Counted from the stretch's first letter, positions 1 through 11,555 are shown. The stretch is 64,000 bases of DNA from Verrucomicrobiota bacterium (GCA_033762115.1 JANRLX010000067.1:33189-97188); one strand, 5' to 3'. Program-made: numbers and translations. The notes: a model not told the origin generated them from the letters alone.

Positions 1-2566
1 CGGTCACCCGGATCCGGTCGCCTGGCTTAAATTCACCGTTCAGCAACCGGGTGGCCAACGGATCAAGCAATAACTCCTGGATGCTGCGCTTCAAGGGCCT
101 GGCCCCAAATTGTGGGTCATAACCCTCCTTGGCAAGCAGACGTTTTGCCTCCTTGTCCACGGTCAAGGCAAGGTTTTGCTGCTGCAATCGTTGTTCAACA
201 CGCTGCAACTGGACATCCACAATCGCTGATATTTGTTTTTCGTCCAATCGATGAAACACGATGATATCGTCCACGCGGTTGAGGAATTCCGGACGAAAAT
301 GACCCCGCAATTCCATTTTCACCCGCTCTTCCATTTCAGCCCGGTCCTTGGCTGCTAATTTCCCTTCATTGAAATATTCCTGGATAATCGGCGAACCAAT
401 ATTACTCGTCATGATGATTACGGTATTTTTGAAATCCACCGTTCTGCCCTGGCCATCAGTCAAGCGTCCATCATCAAGGACTTGAAGCAGGACGTTAAAG
501 ACATCGTGGTGGGCTTTTTCGATTTCGTCGAAAAGAACGACAGAGTAAGGGCGTCGGCGCACGGATTCACTTAACTGTCCTCCTTCCTCGTACCCAACAT
601 ATCCTGGAGGGGCGCCAATAAGTCTGGCGACAGTATGTTTCTCCATGTATTCGCTCATATCGATTCGCGCCATGGCGCTCTCATCATCGAATAAAAATTC
701 CGCCAGCGCCCTTGCGAGTTCCGTTTTGCCGACGCCAGTTGGCCCAAGAAATATAAACGAACCAATCGGGCGGTTGGGATCCTGCAATCCACTTCGGGCT
801 CGCCGGACGGCATTGGATATTGCTGTCAATGCCTCCTCCTGCCCGATGACTCTTCGGGCCAGGCGCTCCTCCATTGTCACCAGTTTCTGCCGCTCTCCCT
901 CCAACATCCTTGTGACAGGGACATGAGTCCACGATGAAACCACCTCGGCAATATGTTCTTCGGTCACCTCTTCATTCAGAAGCCGTTGTTGATTTGCATG
1001 TGACTCTGTCTGAGTGCTGGCAAGCTTTCTTTGCAATTCTGGAATCCGCCCATACTGAATCTCCGCAGCCAGATTCAAGTTGCCGGTTCGTTGCGCTTTT
1101 TCCAAATCCTGCTTGGCTTGTTCCAGTTGAGAATTAACGTCACTCACCGCGTTGATTGCCGCTTTTTCATTCTGCCATTGGGCTTTCAACTGGCTGGACT
1201 GTTCCTTCAGATCGGCGAGTTCCTTCTCCAGCTTTTTAAGCCGCTCACGCGATCCTTCATCTTTTTCCTTGCGCAATGCATTTTGCTCGATTTCAAGCTG
1301 CATGATGCGACGTTCCAACTGGTCGATCTCAGTTGGCATTGAATCCAATTCCATTCGAAGCCGCGAGGCTGCCTCATCCATCAGGTCCACTGCTTTGTCA
1401 GGAAGAAAGCGGTCTGTGATGTAACGGTGGGAGAGGGTTGCAGCCGCCACTAGGGCAGCGTCCTGAATGCGGATTCCGTGATGCACTTCATATCTTTCCT
1501 TAAGCCCTCGAAGGATCGCAATGGTTGCCTCCACTGAAGGTTCCTCAACCATCACAGGCTGAAACCGTCTCTCGAGCGCAGGATCTTTCTCAATATGTTT
1601 ACGATATTCATCCAGGGTCGTCGCGCCGATACACCTGAGTTCTCCCCGGGCCAATTGCGGTTTGAGCATATTGGCGGCATCAGCAGCCCCTTCGGCTTTT
1701 CCCGCACCCACCAGCGTATGCAATTCATCAATGAACAAAATGATCCGCCCCTCGCTGGAGGTAATTTCCTTAAGAAACGCTTTCAGCCGATCCTCGAATT
1801 CCCCTCTATACTTGGCTCCTGCAATCATTGCTCCCAAGTCCATTGCGATCAGCCGTTTATTTTTTAGTGATTCCGGGACATCTCCGCTGATTATTCGACG
1901 CGCCAAACCTTCGGCAATCGCCGTTTTACCCACGCCTGGCTCGCCAATCAAAACCGGATTATTCTTCGTTCGACGGGTCAACACCTGCATTACGCGACGG
2001 ATTTCATTGTCGCGTCCAATAACAGGATCGATCTTTCCTGAGCGGGCCATTGCAGTCAGATCCCGACCATATTTCTCAAGGGATTGAAACTTATCTTCCG
2101 GGTTCTGGTCTGTGACACGTTGATTGCCACGAAGCTCAGCCATGGCTTTCAGAATGTCGTCCCGTTTTATTCGATGCGTCTGAAAAAGCCGTTGCAGTGC
2201 GGTACCACCATCCTTCACCAATCCAAGTAACAGATGCTCGGTGCTGATGTATTCGTCCTTGAGCCTGGTCGCTTCAGCTTCCGCCGTATCAAGAGCCCGT
2301 TTCAGGTCACTGGATAGAAACACATCTCGAGAGCTGCTTCCGCTGACTTTAACACGACGATTAAGGGCTTCCCTTAAATCCGAGGTCAATTGGGGCAGAT
2401 TGACTCCGATTTTTTGCAGCAGCGGAGGAATGAGGCTTTCTTCCTGCTCAATCAACGCGAGCAATAGATGCTCCCCATCGATCTCCTGGTGTGAATAATT
2501 GTGTGCGATACCCTGCGCGGCTTGAAGAGCCGCTCCGGTCTTCATGGTGAATTTGTCCGCTTGCAT
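1..2566 (-). CDS. clpB: ATP-dependent chaperone ClpB (3' end runs off the window)
   Basis: Manual translation from ATG at 2566 ([10 protein letters not shown]). Both AAA+ modules present: GEPGVGKT and GPTGVGKT Walker A motifs, [22 protein letters not shown], plus a coiled-coil middle domain. Absent from the ORF track because there is no stop in the window. Confidence 0.96.
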   Translation of the reverse strand, partial: MQADKFTMKTGAALQAAQGIAHNYSHQEIDGEHLLLALIEQEESLIPPLLQKIGVNLPQLTSDLREALNRRVKVSGSSSRDVFLSSDLKRALDTAEAEATRLKDEYISTEHLLLGLVKDGGTALQRLFQTHRIKRDDILKAMAELRGNQRVTDQNPEDKFQSLEKYGRDLTAMARSGKIDPVIGRDNEIRRVMQVLTRRTKNNPVLIGEPGVGKTAIAEGLARRIISGDVPESLKNKRLIAMDLGAMIAGAKYRGEFEDRLKAFLKEITSSEGRIILFIDELHTLVGAGKAEGAADAANMLKPQLARGELRCIGATTLDEYRKHIEKDPALERRFQPVMVEEPSVEATIAILRGLKERYEVHHGIRIQDAALVAAATLSHRYITDRFLPDKAVDLMDEAASRLRMELDSMPTEIDQLERRIMQLEIEQNALRKEKDEGSRERLKKLEKELADLKEQSSQLKAQWQNEKAAINAVSDVNSQLEQAKQDLEKAQRTGNLNLAAEIQYGRIPELQRKLASTQTESHANQQRLLNEEVTEEHIAEVVSSWTHVPVTRMLEGERQKLVTMEERLARRVIGQEEALTAISNAVRRARSGLQDPNRPIGSFIFLGPTGVGKTELARALAEFLFDDESAMARIDMSEYMEKHTVARLIGAPPGYVGYEEGGQLSESVRRRPYSVVLFDEIEKAHHDVFNVLLQVLDDGRLTDGQGRTVDFKNTVIIMTSNIGSPIIQEYFNEGKLAAKDRAEMEERVKMELRGHFRPEFLNRVDDIIVFHRLDEKQISAIVDVQLQRVEQRLQQQNLALTVDKEAKRLLAKEGYDPQFGARPLKRSIQELLLDPLATRLLNGEFKPGDRIRVT

Positions 2567-2724
2567 ATATTTCCCTTTATCTTTGAATCCGCAGCCTAAG
2601 GAAACCCGATATCTGTTCTATAGTAGCCTTAAATTGTCAGCATTTTTGTAAAGCTCAAGTCACAGATTGCTTGGAAAGACACTTGCAATACACACAAGGA
2701 TTATCCCAATCTTGGCTTTCAAAT

Positions 2725-5700
2725 ATGCAGAATCCGGAAAACGGGAATCGCTTTGTTCAGCGAACCTTGCCTTGGCTGATAGCGGCTGGAATACTCGTTC
2801 TTTATTTGATCACCCTTAATCGGTGGGTGAATATCCGCAGTTTGTCGGTTGTGGCAAAAGTCAGTGGATGGGATTGGACAACGCCTGCGCAATGGCCCCT
2901 CTTCTTTGGCATTACTTACCCTTTACGCTTTCTTCCTCAGGCATGGCAACCGGTTTTGCTTAATCTCTTTTCAGCAATCTGTGCTGCCGGGGCCATTGGT
3001 CTGCTGGCCCGTTCCGTGGCTTTACTGCCGCATGACCGTACCCACGAACAACGCGTCCGGGAACGGAGTGAATACTCACTGCTATCAATTCCTTTTGCAT
3101 GGGTCCCGCCGCTCCTTGCCACTCTGGTATGTGCCCTGGAACTTTCGATGTGGGAACACTCGACGACTGTAACAGGCGAATCGCTTGATCTTCTCATTTT
3201 CGCGTACCTGATCCGTTCCTTGCTCGAGTATCGGATCGATCACAAGAATGGCTGGCTTTACAGGTTTGCATTCATCTATGGCCTGGGCGTGACAAACAAC
3301 TGGGCTTTGATCAGTTTCTTTCCTGCGTTCCTCGTGGCGTTCTTTTGGATCAAGGGATTGAGTGCTTTTAAATTCAGCTTCCTGTCCCGAATCCTTGGTT
3401 GCGGCATACTTGGTCTTTCGCTTTACCTGCTCCTGCCCCTGGTCTGGATGATCAAGGGAAACTCAGATTATTCATTCGGTGACGTGCTGAAGGCCAATTT
3501 AGTCCAACAAAAGCTGTTGATTTTTGATGTTTCGGCATTGCGTTCCCGCGTTCTCCTGCTTTCCCTGACCTCGATTTTACCTGTCCTGATTATCGGGATT
3601 CGATGGCCATCAAGTTTTGGTGACACCAGCGCGGCTGGGGCAAGCCTGACCAATATCATGTTTCGCGTGATTCACATCCTCTTTTTCCTGGCATGCCTGT
3701 TTGTGGCCTTTAACCAAAAGTTCAGCCCTCGTGAATTGGGATATGGCCTGCCGTTCCTGACTTTTTATTATCTCGGAGCACTCGCAATCGGTTATGTCAG
3801 CGGTTACATGCTGCTGGTTTTTACCGATCCTCCCCGGAAAAGCTGGCGTCAGCAAAATCCTCTTCTGAAATTGATCAATCCTCTGGTGCGCGGTTTGGTT
3901 TTGCTGGCGCTGGTAGCGGTTCCGGCAGCATTGCTTTATCTGAATTTTCCAAAAATTCGAGCGAACGATGGCCATTTTCTCAAAGCTTTTGCCAAAAGCA
4001 TGAGGGATCGCTTGCCTGAACAGGGAGCTGTTTTGTTGAGTGAAGATCCTTATCAGATTCTTCTCTTGCAAGGTGAAATGACTACCTCTGGACTGGCCAG
4101 GAAGCATCTCCTGGTAAATACGCGCTCCCTGGAATACCCCACCTATCACGACGAGCTCAAAAAGCAGTATCCAGATCGTTGGCCGGACCTGGGTGCATCT
4201 TATGAGCTGGGGGCGAGAATCAATCATCTTACTTTACAAAGAATGATCTCGGAATTGGCACGCACAAACCTTGTTTATTATCTGCATCCAAGTTACGGCT
4301 ACTTCTTTGAAAAAGTTTACCTTCTTCCAAATGGAACCATTTACAAGGTCGAGAATTTTCCAACCAATACCGCACTACTTCCTCCACTGCCTCCGGATGT
4401 GATGGAGCAAAATAAAACCTTCTGGAGCAATCTGGAACCTGACCTGGATCGCATCGTCAAAGCCCCGAAAACAGTGTCGGACAGTGCATATGTGGCTGCC
4501 TATTATTCACGAGCCTTGAACACCTGGGGAATCGAAGTTCAACGAACAAGCCAGATCAAGGAAGCAGGAGAAGTCTTCAGGCAGGCGCTCAATCTCAATA
4601 CCAATAATTACGCAGCCTATATCAACCATGAATTCAACAAATCTCTTCAATCTGGCGAACGTGTCAGCACTGAGGTGTCCCGCACTGTTGAGGATCTTTT
4701 CGGAAAGCATCGCTCCTGGAATACGTTATTGGCGGAAAATGGGCTATTCGATGAACCTAATTTCTGCTTTCGTTTAGGGCAAACCCTCCAGCAGCAGGCA
4801 TTATTCAGGCAAGCGGCTTATCAATTCAACCGCACACGAAAGCTTGATCCGCAACGCACTGACGCTGCCATTGAACTTGCCAGCAGCCTTGTGGCTGCGC
4901 GCTTCCCAAATGAAAGCCTGCAAATTCTGAATGATCTCGAAACTACCGGTCGCATTGGCCCTAGCAACAAAGTGGATGTCGTTAGCATCCGGGCCAGCGC
5001 ATTATTTGCCCAGGGAAACCGATCTGGCGCTGAAGAAGTACTTCAACGCGCGTCTCAGGAAATGCCCACTCAAAATGGATTGAAAGATGCCCTGTTTGAG
5101 CTATATCGCAGCACAAGTGAGCTGGAAAAAGCTTTGTCCCTGCTGGATCGCCGCCTCGCCAGTGGCACCAATGCCGCTCTGTTGCTGCAAAAAGCTGACT
5201 TATTGATCCAAAAAGGGGATTACTCGACCGCAAACGCCACCCTCGATCAACTCCTTCAGATCGCACCCGGTGTTTCGCAGGCGGTTATCTATAAAGTATT
5301 CGTTGCCAAGCAAAACAAGGATTACAAAACAGGTCTGGAATTGGTTGAGCAGATTTTGGAACAGGATCCAAAACATATACAGGCGTTGACTTACAAAGGA
5401 ATCATCCAGATGGAGACTCAGGAGTTTCAAAAAGCGCGCGAAACCTTCAATGAAATTCTTGATATCGAAGAAGGAAGTATTTCTGCTTTGCACAACCGTG
5501 CGATTGTTAACCTGAAACTGGATCGTCTTGAGGATGCAGAGAAAGATTATACCCTGCTGCAGAAAAATGTACCGACTGAGCCAACCATCTATTATGGTTT
5601 GGGAGAAATTGCCTATCGGCAAAAGAACATGGCTGATGCGATTCGCTTTTTTTCTCTTTACATGAAGTATGCCGAAAAGGACAAAACCGGCATCCTGGAA

Positions 5701-5757
5701 GAGGAGAAAAAGCAAGTCCTGACGCGATTGCAAGAGCTTCAAGCCGGGACGAAGTAG
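2725..5757 (+). CDS. DUF2723 (TMEM260-like) multi-pass membrane protein with long C-terminal TPR array; putative GT-C glycosyltransferase
   Basis: About 11 hydrophobic helices in the N-terminal half (LNLFSAICAAGA, FIYGLGVTNN) followed by many TPR-like repeats. ATG at 2725 preferred over TTG at 2671. Confidence 0.7.
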   Translation: MQNPENGNRFVQRTLPWLIAAGILVLYLITLNRWVNIRSLSVVAKVSGWDWTTPAQWPLFFGITYPLRFLPQAWQPVLLNLFSAICAAGAIGLLARSVALLPHDRTHEQRVRERSEYSLLSIPFAWVPPLLATLVCALELSMWEHSTTVTGESLDLLIFAYLIRSLLEYRIDHKNGWLYRFAFIYGLGVTNNWALISFFPAFLVAFFWIKGLSAFKFSFLSRILGCGILGLSLYLLLPLVWMIKGNSDYSFGDVLKANLVQQKLLIFDVSALRSRVLLLSLTSILPVLIIGIRWPSSFGDTSAAGASLTNIMFRVIHILFFLACLFVAFNQKFSPRELGYGLPFLTFYYLGALAIGYVSGYMLLVFTDPPRKSWRQQNPLLKLINPLVRGLVLLALVAVPAALLYLNFPKIRANDGHFLKAFAKSMRDRLPEQGAVLLSEDPYQILLLQGEMTTSGLARKHLLVNTRSLEYPTYHDELKKQYPDRWPDLGASYELGARINHLTLQRMISELARTNLVYYLHPSYGYFFEKVYLLPNGTIYKVENFPTNTALLPPLPPDVMEQNKTFWSNLEPDLDRIVKAPKTVSDSAYVAAYYSRALNTWGIEVQRTSQIKEAGEVFRQALNLNTNNYAAYINHEFNKSLQSGERVSTEVSRTVEDLFGKHRSWNTLLAENGLFDEPNFCFRLGQTLQQQALFRQAAYQFNRTRKLDPQRTDAAIELASSLVAARFPNESLQILNDLETTGRIGPSNKVDVVSIRASALFAQGNRSGAEEVLQRASQEMPTQNGLKDALFELYRSTSELEKALSLLDRRLASGTNAALLLQKADLLIQKGDYSTANATLDQLLQIAPGVSQAVIYKVFVAKQNKDYKTGLELVEQILEQDPKHIQALTYKGIIQMETQEFQKARETFNEILDIEEGSISALHNRAIVNLKLDRLEDAEKDYTLLQKNVPTEPTIYYGLGEIAYRQKNMADAIRFFSLYMKYAEKDKTGILEEEKKQVLTRLQELQAGTK

Positions 5758-5773
5758 CCGCTGCGCTCATCAC

Positions 5774-6943
5774 ATGCGCGTCACTCATGTCATCACCCGG
5801 TTGATTCTGGGAGGTGCGCAGGAAAATACCGTCGCGACTGTTCTGGGACTTCACAACAAACCACCTTTCCAGGTCTCTCTTTTAAGTGGTCCCACGCAAG
5901 GGCGTGAAGGTACCCTTGAACATTATTTCCACGATAATCCACAGCTGCTTCAGGTGGTCCCTAATCTCGTTCGGGAAATTAACCCATGGAAGGACTTTTG
6001 GGCTTACCGAGACTTGTTACTTCGTTTTCGAAAAGATGCTCCCAATATTGTTCATACTCACAGCGGCAAGGCTGGGATTCTGGGGCGGCTGGCCGCTGCA
6101 AAAGCCGCAGTTCCCCTTATTATTCATACGATTCATGGGCCCTCATTCGGTCCCTTTCAGGGGGCAATTCCGAATGCAATTTATCGGCAGGCAGAGGTGA
6201 CCGCCGCAAAGAAAACGACTCACTTCATTTCCGTCGCCCAGGCAATGACGGATCAATACCTGGCAGCGGGCATTGGGACATCCAGACAATATTCATTGAT
6301 CTACAGCGGATTTCCTTTGGGACCGTACCTCCAGACCACCAATGATCCTGGATTAAGGAAACAACTTGGTCTTGAGCCAGAGGATTTCGTGATTGGAAAA
6401 GTTGCCCGTTTGTTTGAGTTAAAAGGGCATGATGATCTGTTGCATGCTGCTCAGGAAATCGTGCAAAAGTTTCCACGTGCGCGTTTCCTGTTCGTCGGCG
6501 ATGGTCCCTGGCGAAATCGATTTGAGCGAATGGTCCGCGAACAGGGACTCACCGGAAAGGTAATCTTTACCGGGCTCGTGCCTCCAGAACAAATTCCCTC
6601 TCTTTTGGGAGTCATGGATATGCTGGTTCACTTGTCGCGCCGTGAAGGACTTCCTCGCGCGTTGTCTCAGGCACTTGCAGCAGGGAAGCCAGTGCTGGCT
6701 TATGATTGCGATGGTGCCCGCGAAGTCTGCCTTGATAATATTACCGGGGTTCTGCTGAAGCCCGGTGATGTTTCTGGCGTGGCCGCTGGGATTTTGAAAA
6801 TTGCCCGGAATCCCGCTCTGGCAAATCAGTTCGGGACAGCTGGGCGCAACCTCGTTCGTGAAAAGTTTTCAGTGGAAGGGATGGTTCAAAGTATTGGTGA
6901 TCTTTATCTTCGTCTGGCTCGTGAACAGAACCTGTTACCGTGA
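5774..6943 (+). CDS. Glycosyltransferase family 4
   Basis: HVITRLILGGAQEN, VHTHSGKAG, REGLPRALSQALAAGKPV (GT-B/GT4 motifs). Confidence 0.92.
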   Translation: MRVTHVITRLILGGAQENTVATVLGLHNKPPFQVSLLSGPTQGREGTLEHYFHDNPQLLQVVPNLVREINPWKDFWAYRDLLLRFRKDAPNIVHTHSGKAGILGRLAAAKAAVPLIIHTIHGPSFGPFQGAIPNAIYRQAEVTAAKKTTHFISVAQAMTDQYLAAGIGTSRQYSLIYSGFPLGPYLQTTNDPGLRKQLGLEPEDFVIGKVARLFELKGHDDLLHAAQEIVQKFPRARFLFVGDGPWRNRFERMVREQGLTGKVIFTGLVPPEQIPSLLGVMDMLVHLSRREGLPRALSQALAAGKPVLAYDCDGAREVCLDNITGVLLKPGDVSGVAAGILKIARNPALANQFGTAGRNLVREKFSVEGMVQSIGDLYLRLAREQNLLP

Positions 6944-7944
6944 CGCAATTTCCTTTTAATATTTACCTGGCTGGTTTTGCATCAGCTTTTCTCGCAGGGA
7001 CAATAGGAATGCTTCTTTGGAGACGCCTTGGTTATCTTTATGGATGGGTTGATGCACCAGGTGAACGAAAAATCCATTCCGTCCCCATCGCCTTGACTGG
7101 CGGCATGGGCGTCATCACCGGGATTTTATTTCCGATCGTTGGAGGAATTATCGCGCTGTTTCTCTGGCCCGGGCTAAATGAGTTATTAGGAATCACGACC
7201 GGGCTGAAGGATCTTTTTATTTACGGATTCCAAAGACGAGGTGGGCAGCTTGGAGTCGTCCTGCTCGGAGCAATCGGAATGCTTCTGCTAGGCTGGGTGG
7301 ATGATCGTATTGAACTGAAACCGGGCGCAAAATTCTGTGGTCAACTCCTGATTGCTGCAACTGTCGCTGCAGCAGGCGTGCGTATCACATTGTTTGTTCC
7401 AAACCTGCTATTCAGCTACCTGGTAACTATCCTCTGGATTTTAACGATCACGAATGCGTTTAATTTCATGGATAATATGAACGGTTTATGTGCCGGACTT
7501 GGGGTGGTCGCCTTATGGAGTTGCGCCTGGGCAGCAGCAGTTAATGGCCAGTTCCTCGTCGCAACGTTCGCCTTTCTTCTTTGTGGAGCACTGTTTTCTT
7601 TTATTCCCTTCAATTTCCCGAGTGCTTCAATTTTTCTCGGGGACTCAGGCAGTCATCTCACGGGATTCCTTGCAGCTGTCATGTCAATTCTCCCCAGTTT
7701 CTATTCGGCTGAAGTGACGCATCGCCTGACTGTGGTCACTCCGCTGCTGCTATTGTTTATTCCATTGTTGGACCTTGTTTCAGTCGTAATTATCCGCTGG
7801 AAGAACGGGAAAGCGTTTTACATAGGCGATAACAATCATTTGTCTCACCGTCTCGTGAGACATGGATACTCAAAAAGCTTCGCTGTGTTGATTCTCCTGC
7901 TGTGCAGTGCTTTCCTATCTGCCGCAAGTTTCCTTCTTCGGTAA
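6940..7944 (+). CDS. MraY/WecA-family undecaprenyl-phosphate sugar-1-phosphate transferase
   Basis: RKIH..P...GG, GWVDD, NAFNFMDNMNGL, FLGDSGS, DNNHLSHRL; GTGA overlap with the upstream gene. Confidence 0.92.
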   Translation: MTQFPFNIYLAGFASAFLAGTIGMLLWRRLGYLYGWVDAPGERKIHSVPIALTGGMGVITGILFPIVGGIIALFLWPGLNELLGITTGLKDLFIYGFQRRGGQLGVVLLGAIGMLLLGWVDDRIELKPGAKFCGQLLIAATVAAAGVRITLFVPNLLFSYLVTILWILTITNAFNFMDNMNGLCAGLGVVALWSCAWAAAVNGQFLVATFAFLLCGALFSFIPFNFPSASIFLGDSGSHLTGFLAAVMSILPSFYSAEVTHRLTVVTPLLLLFIPLLDLVSVVIIRWKNGKAFYIGDNNHLSHRLVRHGYSKSFAVLILLLCSAFLSAASFLLR

Positions 7945-8850
7945 ATGCAAAAGCTTGTTCAACGGCAATGCCCCGTCTGCAAAAGCAGCAACTATTTGCC
8001 GTATCTTTCCAAGGAATCCTTGCAGTTGGTGAAGTGTCTTGAGTGCGGGATGACATTCTCGAATCCTGTAGCAGAGGAATTTATCACCGGCAGCTATTAT
8101 AATGATTCAAGCAGTTATTACCTCTCCGAAGCGAAACTCGCCGGGGATTACTCGCCAGTCCGCTTCAGCAGGGAACTAGCTATTTTTCGGCGTTTTTCCC
8201 AGCGGGGACGCCTGCTTGATGTCGGCTGTTCCACTGGTGCATTTTTGTACCAGGTGGGGCAACGGTGGCCGGGTGATTACGAGATGCTCGGCACAGATGT
8301 GGCGGGTCCTGCTTTGGATTTTGCAAGAGCCAAAGGTGTCAACGTAACCAGCGCCCACTTGTTCGATGAAGAATGTGATTGGGGCAAATTTGACGCCATT
8401 ACTTATTGGGCTGTGCTTGAGCATTTACCTGATCCTTCAATGTTTCTCAAACGCTCCTCTGAACTTCTGAAACCAAACGGACATTGTTTTGTTTTGGTCC
8501 CTAATTTCAATGCACTTGCAGTCAAACTTTTAGGTGCCCGTTATCGCTATATTCTTCCCCAGCATTTGAATTATTTTACCCGTCATACATTGCGCAGGCT
8601 GGCAGATGAACATTTCACGATCCTTTACGAGGGTAATTCTCATTTTAATCCAGCTGTCATTTACCAGGATTGGAAACGTTCCGGAAGAACTGCCAGTGAC
8701 CAGGAAAGGGCCGCTCTGCTTGCAAAAACAACACTCCTGAAAAACAATCGATGGCTGCTTCCGTTACGTGAGGGCTACAAGGTTGCGGAAAGGGTATTGG
8801 CCCTTTTGAATCTTGCCGACAATCTCGTGCTGGTTTTGAGGAAACGCTGA
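7945..8850 (+). CDS. Class I SAM-dependent methyltransferase with N-terminal Zn ribbon
   Basis: CPVC...CLECG, LLDVGCSTG, VLEHLPDP, PQHLNYF. Confidence 0.88.
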   Translation: MQKLVQRQCPVCKSSNYLPYLSKESLQLVKCLECGMTFSNPVAEEFITGSYYNDSSSYYLSEAKLAGDYSPVRFSRELAIFRRFSQRGRLLDVGCSTGAFLYQVGQRWPGDYEMLGTDVAGPALDFARAKGVNVTSAHLFDEECDWGKFDAITYWAVLEHLPDPSMFLKRSSELLKPNGHCFVLVPNFNALAVKLLGARYRYILPQHLNYFTRHTLRRLADEHFTILYEGNSHFNPAVIYQDWKRSGRTASDQERAALLAKTTLLKNNRWLLPLREGYKVAERVLALLNLADNLVLVLRKR

Positions 8851-8890
8851 AATCGACTTTGAGGCCATTTCCCGCAAGTCATTCAGGCAA

Positions 8891-9901
8891 CTAACTACCT
8901 GCGGGTCCACTGCTCGCCCGAACAACAAGTTCAGCTTCCAGCCGTCGCGAATCCGCAGGTTCACCCGCGAGCAATTTTTTCATCGCTTCCATTGCTGCCA
9001 CTCCAAGCCGAAACTTCGGCTGTCTCACGGTCGTCAAAGGAACGCGAAAATATTCGCTCACCAGAACATTCCCATATCCTGCAATGGAAATATCCTGTGG
9101 AATCCTCAATCCCTGTTGCAGCAGGACACTGGCGGTCCCAATTGCTATCAAATCATTCGCCAGCTGAATTGCGGTGACGTTAATTCCTTCATTTAAAAAC
9201 TGGAGCGCTGCTTTTTCTCCATCTTCAATCGTCGTCCCGGCATTGAAAACGAGTCGGTCATCCTGTTCAAGATGTGCTTCACGCAATGCCTTGCGATATC
9301 CCTCCAGCCGTTCACGAGCCCAGGGGGAAGCGCTCGGTCCGGCAAAAAAGGCAATCCGTTTATGGCCAAGGGAAATCAGGTGCTCAGTTACTGATGCGCT
9401 TGCGAGGACATCCTCCGTTTCGACATTGACAAACCCGGCACAAAACGGCGCACGATGACCCAAGATCACTGTTGGTGTCGCTCGTTGGAAAAGTTCCTCG
9501 TAGGCAGGAGCATTGGGAGCGAGACGATAAACAGGCACGATAAACATCCCATCGACTCGCCGGGCCAGAAGCCTACGGATCGCGATCTCCTCCCGTTGTG
9601 GATCATTTAATGTATGTGCCAGGACGATCTCATAACCGGCTTCATGTGCCCCCTCCTCAATACCCATCATCATCCGGGCAAAAATCGGATTCGTCACACT
9701 CGAGATCACGAGGCCAAGCAATCGAGTCGTGCGTGTTCGGAGACCTTGCGCCATTGCATCCGGAACGTAGCCCATTTGCTGGGCAAGACGTTTGATTCGA
9801 GTTTTGGTGGCGCTCGAAATGTCCGGGGCGTCCCTCAATACCTTCGAGACTGTCATTACTGAAACTCCGGCAGCCAGCGCAATGTCTTTAAGGCGGACCA
9901 T
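8891..9901 (-). CDS. LacI-family transcriptional regulator
   Basis: RLKDIALAAGVSVMTVSKVL HTH; periplasmic-binding-like C-domain ending PLTTVRQP...LVVRAS. Confidence 0.95.
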   Translation of the reverse strand: MVRLKDIALAAGVSVMTVSKVLRDAPDISSATKTRIKRLAQQMGYVPDAMAQGLRTRTTRLLGLVISSVTNPIFARMMMGIEEGAHEAGYEIVLAHTLNDPQREEIAIRRLLARRVDGMFIVPVYRLAPNAPAYEELFQRATPTVILGHRAPFCAGFVNVETEDVLASASVTEHLISLGHKRIAFFAGPSASPWARERLEGYRKALREAHLEQDDRLVFNAGTTIEDGEKAALQFLNEGINVTAIQLANDLIAIGTASVLLQQGLRIPQDISIAGYGNVLVSEYFRVPLTTVRQPKFRLGVAAMEAMKKLLAGEPADSRRLEAELVVRASSGPAGS

Positions 9902-9905
9902 ATAT

Positions 9906-10766
9906 TTAGAGATTCGATCCGCTCCAGTTTAGTTTTTGACGCAATGTGTTAAAAAAAGAGGAACCTGGAAGGCGCACCAACCGAATGGATTGCCTGCTCT
10001 GACGCAAAGTGATCAGGTCGTCCCGTTGCAATGGCACCTGCACCTGTCCATCCGCCGTCAAAAAAACTTCCAGCTTTTCTGACAAAACCTTTACCTGAAC
10101 AATTGAATCAAGGCTTACAATCACTGAACGTGCTGACAACGTGTGGGGACAAACCGGAGTGATGGTAAATACCGGGGTCGTGGGACTCACCACCGCCCCA
10201 CCTGCCGCGAGGGAATAAGCAGTCGATCCAGTGGGTGAACTCACAATCAAACCATCGCACCGGTACCGGGTCAGCACTTCCTGATCTACTAATACCTCCA
10301 ATTCGATCAACCGAGAAGCCACTCCTCTGCTAAAAACAAAATCGTTCAGGGCAGTCTGGTAAATCTGGGCCCCCGCCGCGTTTCCTGAAGCCTCAATCAA
10401 GGAACGTGATTCCAAGGAGAACACACGGTCCTGAATAGCTGCCAGCGCATCCTCTAATTGGTGCCGCTGAATGGCCGTTAAGAAACCCAAGCCACCGACG
10501 TTTACCCCCAGGATCGGTGTGGAAGCTCCCTCCATCTGTCTGGCCACTCCAAGCATTGTTCCATCCCCGCCAAAAACGATGAGCATCTCAACATCCTTAG
10601 CAAGAGAAGTAATGTCCTGGTGGGTTGCGGAAGTATCCACAAGCGCAGCGGTTTTTGGTTCCAGAAGCACTTCTCCCCCTTGATCCTGGATCAGATGCAC
10701 CGCTTCCTGCACAATGCTTCGGGAGGCGTTCTTCTCAGGATTTGCAATCAGGCCAATTCGTTGCAT
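9906..10766 (-). CDS. nadK: NAD(+)/NADH kinase
   Basis: GGDGT, GVNVGGLGFL, ALND, DGLIVSSPTGSTAYSLAAGG. Confidence 0.95.
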   Translation of the reverse strand: MQRIGLIANPEKNASRSIVQEAVHLIQDQGGEVLLEPKTAALVDTSATHQDITSLAKDVEMLIVFGGDGTMLGVARQMEGASTPILGVNVGGLGFLTAIQRHQLEDALAAIQDRVFSLESRSLIEASGNAAGAQIYQTALNDFVFSRGVASRLIELEVLVDQEVLTRYRCDGLIVSSPTGSTAYSLAAGGAVVSPTTPVFTITPVCPHTLSARSVIVSLDSIVQVKVLSEKLEVFLTADGQVQVPLQRDDLITLRQSRQSIRLVRLPGSSFFNTLRQKLNWSGSNL

Positions 10767-10768
10767 GG

Positions 10769-11509
10769 CTAAAGCTTTTGAATGAGAGCCAGGAATTCCT
10801 TGTTCCCTGCAGGACCGATCAGCGGCGATTCAACATCTCGAACCCACCTTAAGCTCCCGATTTGTTCCACAAAATTCCTTAATTTTTCCAATACTCGTTG
10901 ATGAATGGCCGGATCGGTAATGACCCCCTCTCCACGATCCACTTCTGCTTTGCCTGCTTCAAATTGCGGTTTGACCAGCGCCACGAGTGTACCGCCTGAA
11001 CGAAGCAATGCAACGGCGGCGGGCAAGATTTTTTCCAGGGAAATAAATGAACAATCAATCACCACCAGATCCAGCGCGGTAAACGGTTGAGGCATTCTTT
11101 GAGGAATCAAATCACGGGCATTCGTCCGCTCCATCACGATTACTCTTGGATCCTGCCTTAATTTCCAGGAAAGCTGCCCTTGTCCGACATCGACTGCATA
11201 AACCTTTTTTGCTCCATGCTGGAGCAGGCAATCCGTGAATCCTCCAGTGGAGGCTCCCAAATCTGCGGCAATGGAATCCTGGACATTTACCCCAAACAGG
11301 GAAATAGCGTGTTCCAATTTGTATCCCCCGCGGCTAACATACCGTTCCGGTTGCTGAAGGGTGATGATATCCGTGGACTTGACCTTGTCGCTTGCCTTCT
11401 GCGCAACCTGCTCATTGATGCGGATCATGCCTGCCAGAATTGCCCGTTTCGCCCTTTCCCGGCTCTCGCACAGCCCTCTTTCGACCAACGCCTGGTCCAG
11501 CCGTGTCAT
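10769..11509 (-). CDS. tlyA: TlyA-family rRNA 2'-O-methyltransferase (S4 + FtsJ-like)
   Basis: RLDQALVERGL, YVSRGGYKL, DLGASTGGFTDCLLQ, LVKPQFE, GNKEFL. Confidence 0.95.
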   Translation of the reverse strand: MTRLDQALVERGLCESRERAKRAILAGMIRINEQVAQKASDKVKSTDIITLQQPERYVSRGGYKLEHAISLFGVNVQDSIAADLGASTGGFTDCLLQHGAKKVYAVDVGQGQLSWKLRQDPRVIVMERTNARDLIPQRMPQPFTALDLVVIDCSFISLEKILPAAVALLRSGGTLVALVKPQFEAGKAEVDRGEGVITDPAIHQRVLEKLRNFVEQIGSLRWVRDVESPLIGPAGNKEFLALIQKL

Positions 11510-11555
11510 TACGAATCAAATTCCGGGAACAGGCTCGACACTGCAAGCTTTCAAA

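Noticed and set aside
645..2498. Many short + strand ORFs and 684..932(-) in the ORF track
   Set aside because: Antisense or alternate-frame shadows of clpB, which reads as normal ClpB wherever I translated it; no frameshift is needed.
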